DNA from: Candidatus Troglogloeales bacterium
GTDB lineage: Bacteria; Nitrospirota; Nitrospiria; SBBL01; SBBA01
NCBI GenBank assembly: GCA_005239925.1
Contig: SBBA01000108.1
Location: 1 to 44,688, forward strand
Length of the DNA stretch: 44,688 nt
Reading direction: 5' to 3'
Below, piece after piece: positions 18,914 to 28,195 of this stretch; position 1 is the first letter of the stretch, and each line of letters begins with the position of its first letter. The position numbers were made by a program, and so were the translations under genes. The notes below the pieces were generated by a model. That model was not told the origin of the DNA. It searched no databases and worked only from the letters and a program-made list of their open reading frames with translations.

Positions 18914-19483
18914 CTATTTGCGATTATTGCGCATCAGCTCAAGAAATTCAGAGCGGGTTTTTGAGTCGGTTCGAAAGGCGCCCAGCATTGCAGAGGTTAC
19001 CATCTCTCCCCCCTGTTTCTCCACGCCGCGCATCATCATACAAAGATGCTTTGCCTCAATCACCACGCCAACCCCATACGGGGCAACCTTTTCCATAATG
19101 GTCTCGGCGATCTGACTGGTAAGCCGCTCCTGAAGTTGCAGTCGCCTGCAGAAGACCTCCACGACACGAGACAATTTGGACAGCCCCACAATCTTGGCCT
19201 TAGGCAGGTAGGCAATGTGGCATTTTCCAAAGAAGGGCAAAAGATGATGCTCGCAAAGCGAGAAAAAATCAATATCTCTCACAATCACCATCTCTTCGTG
19301 ACGACTGCTGGTAAAAAAGGCATCATTGAATACCTGATCAATATCCTGGACATAGCCTCGCGTAAGAAATTGCAGGGATCGCTCCACCCGATCGGGTGTT
19401 CCAACAAGGCCTTCGCGAGTGGGGTCTTCTCCCATGGCAACCAGTAGTTTTTCGATGAGTTCTTTTATCGGTTGATTTTCCAT
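18914..19483 (-). CDS. folE: GTP cyclohydrolase I
   Basis: [42 protein letters not shown]; start MENQ at 19483. Confidence 0.96.
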   Translation of the reverse strand: MENQPIKELIEKLLVAMGEDPTREGLVGTPDRVERSLQFLTRGYVQDIDQVFNDAFFTSSRHEEMVIVRDIDFFSLCEHHLLPFFGKCHIAYLPKAKIVGLSKLSRVVEVFCRRLQLQERLTSQIAETIMEKVAPYGVGVVIEAKHLCMMMRGVEKQGGEMVTSAMLGAFRTDSKTRSEFLELMRNNRK

Positions 19484-19565
19484 TCTTGTCTCTCCCCTTT
19501 CCCCTCTGGCTAGAAAGAGGAGATCAAGGGGTGTGTGCTGGGCGGTCACAAGGGCTGCCCCTATA

Positions 19566-20732
19566 TTACGCTATCTCCAGAAACTTAGGATACGTTGTTA
19601 GATTCCTGCACCCTGTTTCTTCCACCCAAACCATGTCTTCAATCCGAACGCCGCCGATTTCCGGGTAATATAGCCCCGGCTCCACGGTAACCACCTCTCC
19701 TGTTTGCAACGTCCAATCCCGAGTGCTAATGCCAGGCGGCTCATGAATATCCAGCCCAACACCATGACCGGTGCCGTGGAAAAAGCCCTGCATCCGCCCG
19801 TTCACTCGTCCGGTTTTATAGCCACGCTCTTCAAACAGCGCGACAATTTCATCATGAATCGCCTTGCCGGAAACGCCGGCACGCACCCGCGAAATCCCCA
19901 GTTCTTGGCCTTCCAAAACCGTATCATACATTTTTTTTAACAGATCCGACGCGACCCCTTTGACCACAGTGCGACTCATATCGGCAAAATAACGGGTTTC
20001 AATCGAACGAGGAAAGATGTCAAAGACGATGGCCTCATTGGCGCGAAGTGGGCCGTGCCCCACCTGGTGGGGATCACAGGCATCCACACCGCAGGCAATA
20101 ATCGAATGTTCCGCGATACATCCTTTTCCCATCAGATTGATGTGAAGGCGTTTCCGTAATCCCTCGGAGGTAATTTGTTTTCCCTCGTGATAGAGATACC
20201 CGTCGTAAATCTGAGCGGCACGTAGCAGGTCAAACAGATCGTCCACTGCCTCTTCCACGGCGATTTGCGTGGTGCGAATAGCCAAAACTTCTTCCTTGGT
20301 CTTGATTGCCCGCTCTGCAAAGAACGGCTCCTTCCTAATCGTCAGTTTGTATCCTGCCTCACGGAGGGCGTCGCCTATCCCTATCGGAAAAGAACCAGGG
20401 ACGGTTATCTCTGATACCCCCCGTTCCTTTAACAGAGCCGATATCACGTCAATGTATTTCGGCTGGCCGCTCGGCTGCCCACTCGGCTGGCCGTTTGGTT
20501 TGTTGGTGCCTTGCTTGGCCTTCTCCTGATAATCGGAGTAAGAAAGAACCTCATTGACCTTAGACTGGAGGCGGGCGCGGTCTACTTCCAGATCGCTCAT
20601 GAGCAAAATCGTCTTGCCGCCTGTTTTTAAATAAATAAAGTCATCCGGGGCCAAGAAACCGCTGGCGTAATAAATGTTGGAGTCCTGTTCACTTGCGGCG
20701 ATGATAAGAAGATTATCTGATGTCGTATCCAT
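19566..20732 (-). CDS. M24 family Xaa-Pro aminopeptidase
   Basis: [41 protein letters not shown]. Confidence 0.92.
   Translation of the reverse strand: MDTTSDNLLIIAASEQDSNIYYASGFLAPDDFIYLKTGGKTILLMSDLEVDRARLQSKVNEVLSYSDYQEKAKQGTNKPNGQPSGQPSGQPKYIDVISALLKERGVSEITVPGSFPIGIGDALREAGYKLTIRKEPFFAERAIKTKEEVLAIRTTQIAVEEAVDDLFDLLRAAQIYDGYLYHEGKQITSEGLRKRLHINLMGKGCIAEHSIIACGVDACDPHQVGHGPLRANEAIVFDIFPRSIETRYFADMSRTVVKGVASDLLKKMYDTVLEGQELGISRVRAGVSGKAIHDEIVALFEERGYKTGRVNGRMQGFFHGTGHGVGLDIHEPPGISTRDWTLQTGEVVTVEPGLYYPEIGGVRIEDMVWVEETGCRNLTTYPKFLEIA
20461..20496. repeat. In-frame 12-bp tandem repeat x3 (encodes GQPS)
   Basis: ggctggccgctc ggctgcccactc ggctggccgttt. Confidence 0.8.
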
Positions 20733-20788
20733 TTGTTCTTTCGCAAATATAGCCCCCGAAAAGATTGCTAGTCAACCACCACGTTCAT

Positions 20789-20817
20789 TTGACAAGATCG
20801 TCACTCTATCCTACACT
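20789..20817 (+). promoter_or_regulatory. sigma70 promoter for the HEAT-repeat gene
   Basis: TTGACA-17 bp-TACACT; supports the ATG at 20843. Confidence 0.65.
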
Positions 20818-20842
20818 CTTGTCGTTTCGATCGCTACGAGAA

Positions 20843-22972
20843 ATGGACCCGGCTCTCAATATTAAAAAGACTTTTCCACTTACAGACCAGCCCATTGTTG
20901 CGCGCCTTGCGAGATTTACGCTTTCGTTTGTCCAGGCACTTCTGAAAACAGGGTATTACCAACCTGGTAATCTAGGTTTGACCGTTGCCAAGAAAGGCCT
21001 CTATCAGGATCTACTGGAACTTCATAAAAGTGATCGCGAAATTTCTTTCATGATCCATGGTCAAGGGGGTGTAGCGGATATTCTCGTCTATGGCCTCTTA
21101 TCCGAGGTTGCCTCCCTCAAAACACTATTTTCACCTGATATGGCCGATCCCTTAGTTGTAAAGTTTCGAGACTATTTCGACCGGCGGCGTCTGGTCAACA
21201 TCACAATGAAGCCCGGTATGACATATGAAGAATTCGACGGGTTGATCGACATCATGAGTGAGCCTCCCGAGGGGCTGCATGAGGAGCAGGCCGTTGCGCT
21301 CATGACAGGAAAATTAGTCGCCCACCAAATAGTCCATGTCTCAATCATCCACACGGAGGAACTGGATACAAGCCATGGTTCTTTGGATGAAATGGCGCAG
21401 CTTCTGCTTGCTCGCCTGAACAAAGACCTGCAAATCATTCCGTTTTACAAACACCTTACTGTAGAACAGATGCTTGCAGTCAAGACACAGGTCTTTGTGG
21501 GCCTGTTGCAACCCCTGAAAAAAGCCACGGTTTTAAAAGAGGTTTTGGTTCATTGCGACCGAATTGTTCCTGTTACTATTGACGCGACCCAGGTGGTGGA
21601 TATAGAAGCGGAGTTTAGTTGCGCCCTGCATCCGGATCAGCGCATGAAGACCTTATTGGAATGCACACGCGATTTAGAGACGGTTTCTCCACGAACCCAT
21701 CCCAGTCAAAACGAATTAGATATCGCTTATTATGAACGCCTTGTATCCGTGATTAAAAAGATGGTGTTGGATATGGATTTTAATCAGGTACAGGAAGAGG
21801 CCTATGATCTGATTGCCACGCTGGTTTTCGAAGGGATTGTGCCGTTGGAAACACTTCCCGAAAAATTAATAGCGCAGGTTCAGGCCAAACAAGCCACCGA
21901 TTCTTATCTGCGTGAGAAGACTACGATTTTGGAAACACTGGAGCTAGGATGGCAGGAGCCTGCCGTCGTCCAGTCCATCTGTTTTATTCCGGCTTTACTT
22001 ACTCGGAACGAATTTGTCGAGATGGAAACGTTATCCGCTCGACTACAGAGCACATGGGAAAAGACGTTCGGCGACCTTAGGGAACCCTTCTACACTCAAA
22101 TCGGAATTGATGGGATGCGGGAGACGCTCCTGTCCAAACTAAAAAATAATCAACTGGCGCAACGCAAGGATATTCTACCTGTTTTAGAGCGGTTCTCACA
22201 GCCGCTTTCGTCTTCGCTGATTCCGCTTTGTGCTGATCCTGATATCTGGGTTCGGCGAAATATCTGTCGCATCCTGGCCCGTCTGGGCGAGCCGGTGATT
22301 CCCAATCTCATCGGATGGATGGAGGAGACAACGCGCCATTGGTATTTTGTTCGGAACATCGTGATGATATTAGGGGATATTGGTTCCACTGATGAGGTCA
22401 CGCGGCAGTTTCTAAAACGTTACCAACAACATCCCAGCATCCCTGTGCGAGAAGAGGTCTTGATGAGTTTTGGCAAGATAAAAGGGGAGAAAATGGAGGG
22501 GTATCTCTTGCACGAGCTAGGTAATAAATCTATTTTACTTCGGAACCGGGCCGTGCTCTCATTGGGCAACTTTTATCCCGCGCCCGAGCCGTTTTTGACC
22601 TTTCTTCAGGAGACGCTTAGAAAGAAGCGCAAGGAGGAGGCCCAGATGGATGAGCGGATCGAGATTAGTTGTTGTCTTGCCATTGAAATGATGGCTGCCT
22701 TCGATCTTGAAAGGGCGCAATCTTTTGAGCCACTCCTGATTGATGCCCTGACGCCGGACAAATCGTTTTTGGGGTTAACCCGCGAGAAACACCAGGAAAA
22801 GGGATATGAGGTGCGAAGGGCCATTTGTAAATTATTGGGCGTCATTGGAACGGAGAACGCCGTTCCGGTGCTCACCTGGCTTTTAAAGGAAAAACAGTGG
22901 CTACCGCAAGACAAAGATATGGTGCTGCAGGGTGTGAGACATATCCAGCGGCGGGCCCAACCAACAGGATAA
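20843..22972 (+). CDS. HEAT-repeat domain protein
   Basis: C-terminal HEAT-like units (DIWVRRNICRILARLG, WYFVRNIVMILGDIG, VREEVLMSFGKI, VRRAICKLLGVIG). Confidence 0.8.
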   Translation: MDPALNIKKTFPLTDQPIVARLARFTLSFVQALLKTGYYQPGNLGLTVAKKGLYQDLLELHKSDREISFMIHGQGGVADILVYGLLSEVASLKTLFSPDMADPLVVKFRDYFDRRRLVNITMKPGMTYEEFDGLIDIMSEPPEGLHEEQAVALMTGKLVAHQIVHVSIIHTEELDTSHGSLDEMAQLLLARLNKDLQIIPFYKHLTVEQMLAVKTQVFVGLLQPLKKATVLKEVLVHCDRIVPVTIDATQVVDIEAEFSCALHPDQRMKTLLECTRDLETVSPRTHPSQNELDIAYYERLVSVIKKMVLDMDFNQVQEEAYDLIATLVFEGIVPLETLPEKLIAQVQAKQATDSYLREKTTILETLELGWQEPAVVQSICFIPALLTRNEFVEMETLSARLQSTWEKTFGDLREPFYTQIGIDGMRETLLSKLKNNQLAQRKDILPVLERFSQPLSSSLIPLCADPDIWVRRNICRILARLGEPVIPNLIGWMEETTRHWYFVRNIVMILGDIGSTDEVTRQFLKRYQQHPSIPVREEVLMSFGKIKGEKMEGYLLHELGNKSILLRNRAVLSLGNFYPAPEPFLTFLQETLRKKRKEEAQMDERIEISCCLAIEMMAAFDLERAQSFEPLLIDALTPDKSFLGLTREKHQEKGYEVRRAICKLLGVIGTENAVPVLTWLLKEKQWLPQDKDMVLQGVRHIQRRAQPTG

Positions 22973-23083
22973 AATGTTTCATCCTTGCGAGAATTAGACC
23001 CTTTGTTGCAATGCGATTTGTGATACGCCACTGCTTGAAAAGCCACCCTATTTAAAACTGTTTTTAGAGATATTTTTTAGGGA

Positions 23084-23112
23084 TTGACAAATCGTTTAGA
23101 GCGCATTACAGT
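23084..23112 (+). promoter_or_regulatory. sigma70 promoter for zapB-zapA-ssrS
   Basis: TTGACA-17 bp-TACAGT. Confidence 0.6.
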
Positions 23113-23146
23113 AGGAAAAGGTTGAGGCCAATAAAGACCACCGTTT

Positions 23147-23365
23147 ATGGTGCAGCGACAGCTTGAAATTCTAGAGGCACGGGTTGCCGAAATGATTACA
23201 CGGATTAAGTCGCTTCGGTTGGAGAAGGCGCGACTTCAAGCCCGTATTGATCAGCAGGGGAGAGAATTCCATCAACTGCAAGAGGAGCGTTCTCTCATTC
23301 GAAGCCGCGTTGCAAAATTATTGGAGATATTGAATCATGTTGGAGAGAAGGATGGACCAGCGTAG
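23147..23365 (+). CDS. zapB: Cell division protein ZapB-like coiled coil
   Basis: 72-aa heptad protein LEILEARV...IRSRVAKLL upstream of zapA. Confidence 0.75.
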   Translation: MVQRQLEILEARVAEMITRIKSLRLEKARLQARIDQQGREFHQLQEERSLIRSRVAKLLEILNHVGEKDGPA

Positions 23366-23741
23366 CCGTCCCGTCAATGGAGCACCGACAACAAGTACTT
23401 CTTTGAAAAATAAGTGCCGGGTGGATATTTTTGGACGTCAATATACCCTAAGAAGTGACGCAGACGATATCTACGCTAGGGAGCTGGCCTCTCTGGTAGA
23501 TCAAAAAATGAGAGAGCTGGCTGTCGGTGTAAAATCAATTGATCCCCTAAGGTTGGCTGTTTTTACGGCCATTAACCTGGCCCATGAGTTGCACGAGTCC
23601 AAAAGACAGCGACAGGAAAGCGATACCATGATCGGCCAGAGAACCAGCGACCTTATCGAATCAATTGAATCCCAGTTTGAGGAGTTCCGACCGGAGTCGG
23701 ACTGGGTGTTGCCGGCAGGGTTGTCTGAGGACAGCCTGTAA
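23352..23741 (+). CDS. zapA: Cell division protein ZapA
   Basis: VDIFGRQYTL, LASLVDQKMREL, LAVFTAINLAHEL. Confidence 0.88.
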   Translation: MDQRSRPVNGAPTTSTSLKNKCRVDIFGRQYTLRSDADDIYARELASLVDQKMRELAVGVKSIDPLRLAVFTAINLAHELHESKRQRQESDTMIGQRTSDLIESIESQFEEFRPESDWVLPAGLSEDSL

Positions 23742-23817
23742 AAACATTCTTCGTGTGCTTTTTGCCCATGAAGGAGAAAAAAAAGGTAGTGGGCCTCTTG
23801 TTTGTAAGGAAATTGGT

Positions 23818-24001
23818 TTCCCCTGCCTTGTGCGTAAGTAAAGGATTGAATCCAAACCGAATGATTTAAAGAAGGGAGCTAAGTTCAAAGAGACGGTGAG
23901 CAGGTTCCGTATTGATGCGGAAAAGCCTAATGTTTCTATCTTGGCGCCCACCTGGTTAAACCAGGTTTGAATCTTTCCTCTACTACGGCAAAGGTGGGGG
24001 T
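23818..24001 (+). ncRNA. ssrS: 6S RNA
   Basis: ~180-nt non-coding region after zapA; complementary ends cccctgccttgtgcgta / tacggcaaaggtgggg; internal gcccacctggtt-aaccagg hairpin; conserved zapA-ssrS synteny. Confidence 0.8.
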
Positions 24002-24071
24002 CCAGTTTACGGGCGGCCCCTTAAGCTACTCGAAGGTTTCTAACTCCTCTTTCATCTTCTTCATCTTATTA

Positions 24072-24178
24072 GCGCATCTAAAAACTCCCTAAATCCCCCT
24101 TATCAGGGGGACTTTTAGTCCCAAAGCTGTATTCCCCCCTGATAAGGGGGATTTAGGGGGGGTGTTTTTAGAGGAAAC
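24072..24178. repeat. Long inverted-repeat element with MITE-like TCTAAAAAC ends
   Basis: tctaaaaactccctaaatcccccttatcaggggg ... ccccctgataagggggatttagggggggtgtttttaga. Confidence 0.75.
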
Positions 24179-24179
24179 C

Positions 24180-25559
24180 GTGCCCGAAATAAAACGTCTC
24201 CATACCCCGCCGTTTAAGCCGACACCGTACGCTATTTTACGTGTCAGTCAACTCACGAAGGCACTTCGAACTGAAATCGAACACTCTTTTAGCGACATCT
24301 GGGTCGAAGGAGAGGTTGCCAATCTTCGGATTCCTCAGTCCGGACATTACTATTTTACGTTAAAGGATGAAACCGCCCAAATCAAGGCGGTTCGCTTTCG
24401 AGCCTACGGCGGATTCGTCAAGTTTATTCCCAAGGAAGGCGAGTTGGTTCTAATCCGGGGCCACCTTACGGTATACGAGGCCCGCGGGGAGTACCAAATC
24501 GTTGTAGATTACATCGAGCCGCGAGGAATCGGCGCATTAATGGCGGCCTTTGAGGCATTAAAAGAACGGCTTCGGATGGAGGGGCTTTTTGACGACCGAT
24601 ATAAAAAGCCAATACCAGCCTTGCCCAGAAAGATCGCCCTGGTGACCTCCAGAACCGGCGCGGTGCTACACGATTTTCTCAAAATTCTTCGAGAGCGAAA
24701 AACACCGGTCACGATCTGGGTAGTTCCTGTAATTGTTCAGGGTGGAGGGGCCGCCGGTGAGATTGCCCAGGCCATTTCTGCTATCAATGACTCTGACGAT
24801 TCAAATGAAATTGACCTGATCGTCCTGGCCCGTGGTGGGGGATCGCTGGAAGACCTCTGGGCCTTTAATGAGGAGGTTGTGGCACGGGCGATCTTTCAAT
24901 CCAAAATTTCTGTGATCAGTGCGATTGGGCATGAAACTGACACAACGATATCCGACTTTGTGGCAGATCTTCGGGCGCCTACACCGACGGCTGCTGCCGA
25001 AATCATTGCGCACACCTGGGCGCAACAGATCGCGCGATTTCGATTTGCAAAAGAGGCGTTACATCAAACAATGCAGGAGAGACTGGAACGACGCCGACAA
25101 GTCCTGACCGTCGCCATGCGCCTTCTGATGGCTCCTGAAGAGGCACTGGCCCATTTTGCGCAGATGACCGCACAATATTTTCTACGACTGCGTGCCGCGT
25201 TAGAAAGGCAACTTACACTACATCGGAACCGGCAGGTCCTAATCGCACAGCGACTGCACTCCCAAAACCCGGTCGAACAAATTGCGCGATTCCGTCAGGA
25301 GTGGGGCCTGTTTTATCATCGCCTGTGTCGTGCCGGAGAGGCAACCATTCAGGGCCACAAAAAGAGTCTGATGATTGCGGCAGGCCAGCTGAATCTCCTC
25401 AGCCCGCTTCATATTCTTGAACGGGGATACAGTATTACCCAACGCTATCCGTCACAGAACATTGTTCGAGATGTGGACCAGGTTGCCCCGGATGAGATGG
25501 TTCAAATTCGACTACACCGTGGCAAACTGCTTTGCGTTGTTAAGGAGAAGGAGCTATAA
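24180..25559 (+). CDS. xseA: Exodeoxyribonuclease VII large subunit
   Basis: IWVEGEVAN..SGHYYFTLKD, ARGGGSLEDLWAFNEE, SAIGHETDTTISDFVADLRAPTPTAAAE, LSPLHILERGYS. Confidence 0.96.
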   Translation: MPEIKRLHTPPFKPTPYAILRVSQLTKALRTEIEHSFSDIWVEGEVANLRIPQSGHYYFTLKDETAQIKAVRFRAYGGFVKFIPKEGELVLIRGHLTVYEARGEYQIVVDYIEPRGIGALMAAFEALKERLRMEGLFDDRYKKPIPALPRKIALVTSRTGAVLHDFLKILRERKTPVTIWVVPVIVQGGGAAGEIAQAISAINDSDDSNEIDLIVLARGGGSLEDLWAFNEEVVARAIFQSKISVISAIGHETDTTISDFVADLRAPTPTAAAEIIAHTWAQQIARFRFAKEALHQTMQERLERRRQVLTVAMRLLMAPEEALAHFAQMTAQYFLRLRAALERQLTLHRNRQVLIAQRLHSQNPVEQIARFRQEWGLFYHRLCRAGEATIQGHKKSLMIAAGQLNLLSPLHILERGYSITQRYPSQNIVRDVDQVAPDEMVQIRLHRGKLLCVVKEKEL

Positions 25560-25588
25560 ATGGTACCTGAGAGGAAAGACTGCTCTTT

Positions 25589-25698
25589 GTCATTCCGGTG
25601 TTCTTCTAGAGCCTTCTCGTCGTCATTCCCGAATGTTTTTATCGGGAATCCAGAATCTAAAAACCACTGGATTCCGGCTTAAAAATTGCCGGAATGAC
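25589..25698. repeat. dRS3-like palindromic repeat (GTCATTCC..GGAATCC..GGATTCC..GGAATGAC)
   Basis: Two ATTCC-N-GGAAT hairpins (25622-25698) plus a duplicated gtcattcc end at 25589; lies between convergent genes. Confidence 0.75.
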
Positions 25699-25743
25699 AG
25701 CGTAATGAGATAAGGTTACAGCGTGAGTGACGGGGCGTCTCCC

Positions 25744-26583
25744 TTAACCGGTAACCGGCTTCTTGATTCGCCGCTTTGGGGAAAACAAGACCGATAGAGA
25801 AAAGACCGCCGTTAAAAGCAACACAATCGTGGCACCCGAGGGAAGGTCAAACCGATATGAAAGAATCATCCCCCCCCATGAAGAGAAAACTCCTATCGCC
25901 GCCGAACCCCACATCATAGATCGAATATGTGTTGCCCACTGTTCTGCAGAGGCCGCAGGAATCACCAGAAGGGCCAGAACCAGCATGGACCCCACCGCCT
26001 TCAGCGAAACTACAATAGATAAGGAGATTAAATTCAGAAGGAGGAAGTACAGTATTTTGGCCGGAATCCCAGAGGCCTCCGCCATATCCTGATCAAAGGA
26101 GATAAAGTGAAACTCTTTAAAGAAAAGGATCAGGGCAGCGAGAATCGAGATGGAGAGAATTAAAATAATTTTTAGGTCAGCGGCGGTAACCGACAGAATG
26201 CTGCCGAACAAGTACCCTAATACTTCTGGATTGTAGGCCGGCATCAGCCCCAGAAAGAGAATGGCGAGTGCCATGGTCAACGTGTAAAAGATGCCTAGCG
26301 AAATATCAGGCTTCATTCTCGCCTTCTGTTTCAGGAAGCCGGTGATCCAGACCGTGGCGAGGCCAAAAAGCACGGCCATGGCAAAGGGCGATACCCCAAT
26401 TAAGAATCCCAGGGCCACGCCGGCAAACGCGGCATGCGCGGTGCCCGCGCCGATAAAGGTTAGGCCCTTTAAAACCACAAATACCCCCACCAGCGAGCAA
26501 ACCACGCCGATTAGGGCGCTGGCAATGAAGGCCCGTTGCATAAATCCGTATGAAAGAATTTCCGACATTTTTGCTTGATTCAT
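25744..26583 (-). CDS. Zn/Mn ABC transporter permease (ZnuB/MntB family)
   Basis: FMQRAFIA..GVFVVLKG..AHAAFAG, YLFGSILSV, SFDQDMAEASG, VGSMLVLALLVIPA, DLPSGATIV. Confidence 0.9.
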   Translation of the reverse strand: MNQAKMSEILSYGFMQRAFIASALIGVVCSLVGVFVVLKGLTFIGAGTAHAAFAGVALGFLIGVSPFAMAVLFGLATVWITGFLKQKARMKPDISLGIFYTLTMALAILFLGLMPAYNPEVLGYLFGSILSVTAADLKIILILSISILAALILFFKEFHFISFDQDMAEASGIPAKILYFLLLNLISLSIVVSLKAVGSMLVLALLVIPAASAEQWATHIRSMMWGSAAIGVFSSWGGMILSYRFDLPSGATIVLLLTAVFSLSVLFSPKRRIKKPVTG

Positions 26584-26614
26584 CTGTAGCCGTCGTACCG
26601 GCCATCGGCGGGGA

Positions 26615-26974
26615 TCATATCAAAATCAAACTCCAGATGATAATGGCCAATCCAATACTCATTAACACCAGCAATGAACCCAAATCCTTGGCAAGCCCGG
26701 ACAACTCATGAAACGCTTCATCCATGCGGTCTATAACGACTTCAATTGCGGTATTCATTACCTCAGCAAGCAGGATCAAGGTAAGGCTCGAAAATAATAA
26801 TATTTTCTCGATCCGTGAAACATCAACATAAATGATCACGGAGAGGCCAATGGCAAAGAGCGCCATTTCCTGCCTGAAAGCGGCCTCATGCTTGATTAAC
26901 CACATGAAACCCTTTTTGGAGTTTAAAAAGGCCGCCCACAGGCGTGCAAGACCGGTTTTAGAGTAAGGTTTCAT
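26615..26974 (-). CDS. dgkA: Diacylglycerol kinase
   Basis: EAAFRQE, EVMNTAIEVVIDR..HELSGLAKDLGS. Confidence 0.93.
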   Translation of the reverse strand: MKPYSKTGLARLWAAFLNSKKGFMWLIKHEAAFRQEMALFAIGLSVIIYVDVSRIEKILLFSSLTLILLAEVMNTAIEVVIDRMDEAFHELSGLAKDLGSLLVLMSIGLAIIIWSLILI

Positions 26975-27578
26975 TGCCTCTTGCGCGATTAAGACAATTG
27001 ATCAGGCATTGCCGGGCGCCGGTTAAGATGGAATGCCCATCCCCCACCAACACGGCGTCGAAGGAAAGCAGGAGAAGCCGACTCAGTTCTTCTCTCGCGC
27101 GATCGGGGTCTTGAAATTTTTCAGCCTCTAAGAGCGTCAAGGTACCCATCGGCCTGCCTATTACATGATCCCCAAAAAGCATGATCTCCTTTTCAGAAAA
27201 GTAGAGGGCCACCTCACCAGGACTTTTGCCAAAACATAAAGAGAACGCGGTCAGCCCCGGCACAATGATCTCACCGTCGGTAATCTGCCGATCCGGAGGA
27301 TGGGTTAATGAGGCAGCGTCTGCTTCGTGCACAATCACCTTGGCGCCGGTTTCCTTTTGAAAAAAGAAAGTCTCCCGTTCATGGTCTTTATTCGTAATAA
27401 TAATAGAATCTACCTCGCCTAATTGATGCAACTGAGTGAGGTCGGATGGAATCATCGGGGGTGGATCAATGAGGATATTGCCTTCGGGGCGCACCCACAA
27501 ATGACCGTTGAAATCCATTTGGCGCGGTTCGCTAAACACAGACCAACAGTAGATGTCATCAAAGATCAGTTGTTTCAT
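26958..27578 (-). CDS. MBL-fold protein with a degenerate metal motif
   Basis: NILIDPP, IIITNKDHER, VHEAD, GKSPGE, FGD, LVGDG. Confidence 0.75.
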   Translation of the reverse strand: MKQLIFDDIYCWSVFSEPRQMDFNGHLWVRPEGNILIDPPPMIPSDLTQLHQLGEVDSIIITNKDHERETFFFQKETGAKVIVHEADAASLTHPPDRQITDGEIIVPGLTAFSLCFGKSPGEVALYFSEKEIMLFGDHVIGRPMGTLTLLEAEKFQDPDRAREELSRLLLLSFDAVLVGDGHSILTGARQCLINCLNRARGNETLL

Positions 27579-27641
27579 GGGAGCGTCCGCTGCGGTTGAA
27601 CAAAAACAGCGGTGACTCTAACATAATTCACGTCGTGCATT

Positions 27642-27977
27642 CTATTGGCTCGGCCCGGAGAAGTGTTCGCGGCGGCTGACGGCAACGTCGGAGACAAACA
27701 TGACGCCGGTATATTGATCGAAAATCGGTTTGAGACCGGCTAAAATCAGCTCGACCTTCTCCTCGGTCACGACCGTCATCAACATGGTCAGGCTATCAAC
27801 CTCGCTGAACATCGGATGACCGGCATGAAGCCCGTGGCTTCCCTTTCCCGATATATTGGGAATAATCGTATAGCCGGTAACCTTTATCTCGTCGAGAATA
27901 TCGGTTACGAATTTCAAGTGCTCGCCCGGAATAATCACCCGGATTTCTTTCATGGGATAAAGCGTAAATGTGCTCAT
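27642..27977 (-). CDS. PII-like signalling protein (SbtB/DUF190-like)
   Basis: MKEIRVII, VTGYTII.NISGKGSHG, MLMTVV..KVELIL, GVMFVSDVAVSR; AAAGGAG SD. Confidence 0.8.
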   Translation of the reverse strand: MSTFTLYPMKEIRVIIPGEHLKFVTDILDEIKVTGYTIIPNISGKGSHGLHAGHPMFSEVDSLTMLMTVVTEEKVELILAGLKPIFDQYTGVMFVSDVAVSRREHFSGPSQ

Positions 27978-28008
27978 CAATGGGTCTCCTTTCAATATTT
28001 AAATTTTT

Positions 28009-28187
28009 GGGCGCCTCTAAAAACATACTGCGCGGCCCAACTACTGCGTTGCGCGGGCGTGACGACGCCTGCGGGCGTGACGACGCCTGCAGCGCTCGGG
28101 ATCCTCATGTACACTGCGACCATTGTGGTTCTTGTGCGTAGTAGCCCTTGCATTTGAGCCAAAAGCGGCAGGTTTTTAGAGGTGCCC
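28009..28187. mobile_element. MITE copy 3 (179 bp) with an internal 18-bp tandem duplication
   Basis: gggcgcctctaaaaac / gtttttagaggtgccc ends; gcgggcgtgacgacgcct x2; no TSD. Confidence 0.85.
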
Positions 28188-28195
28188 TACGGTCT

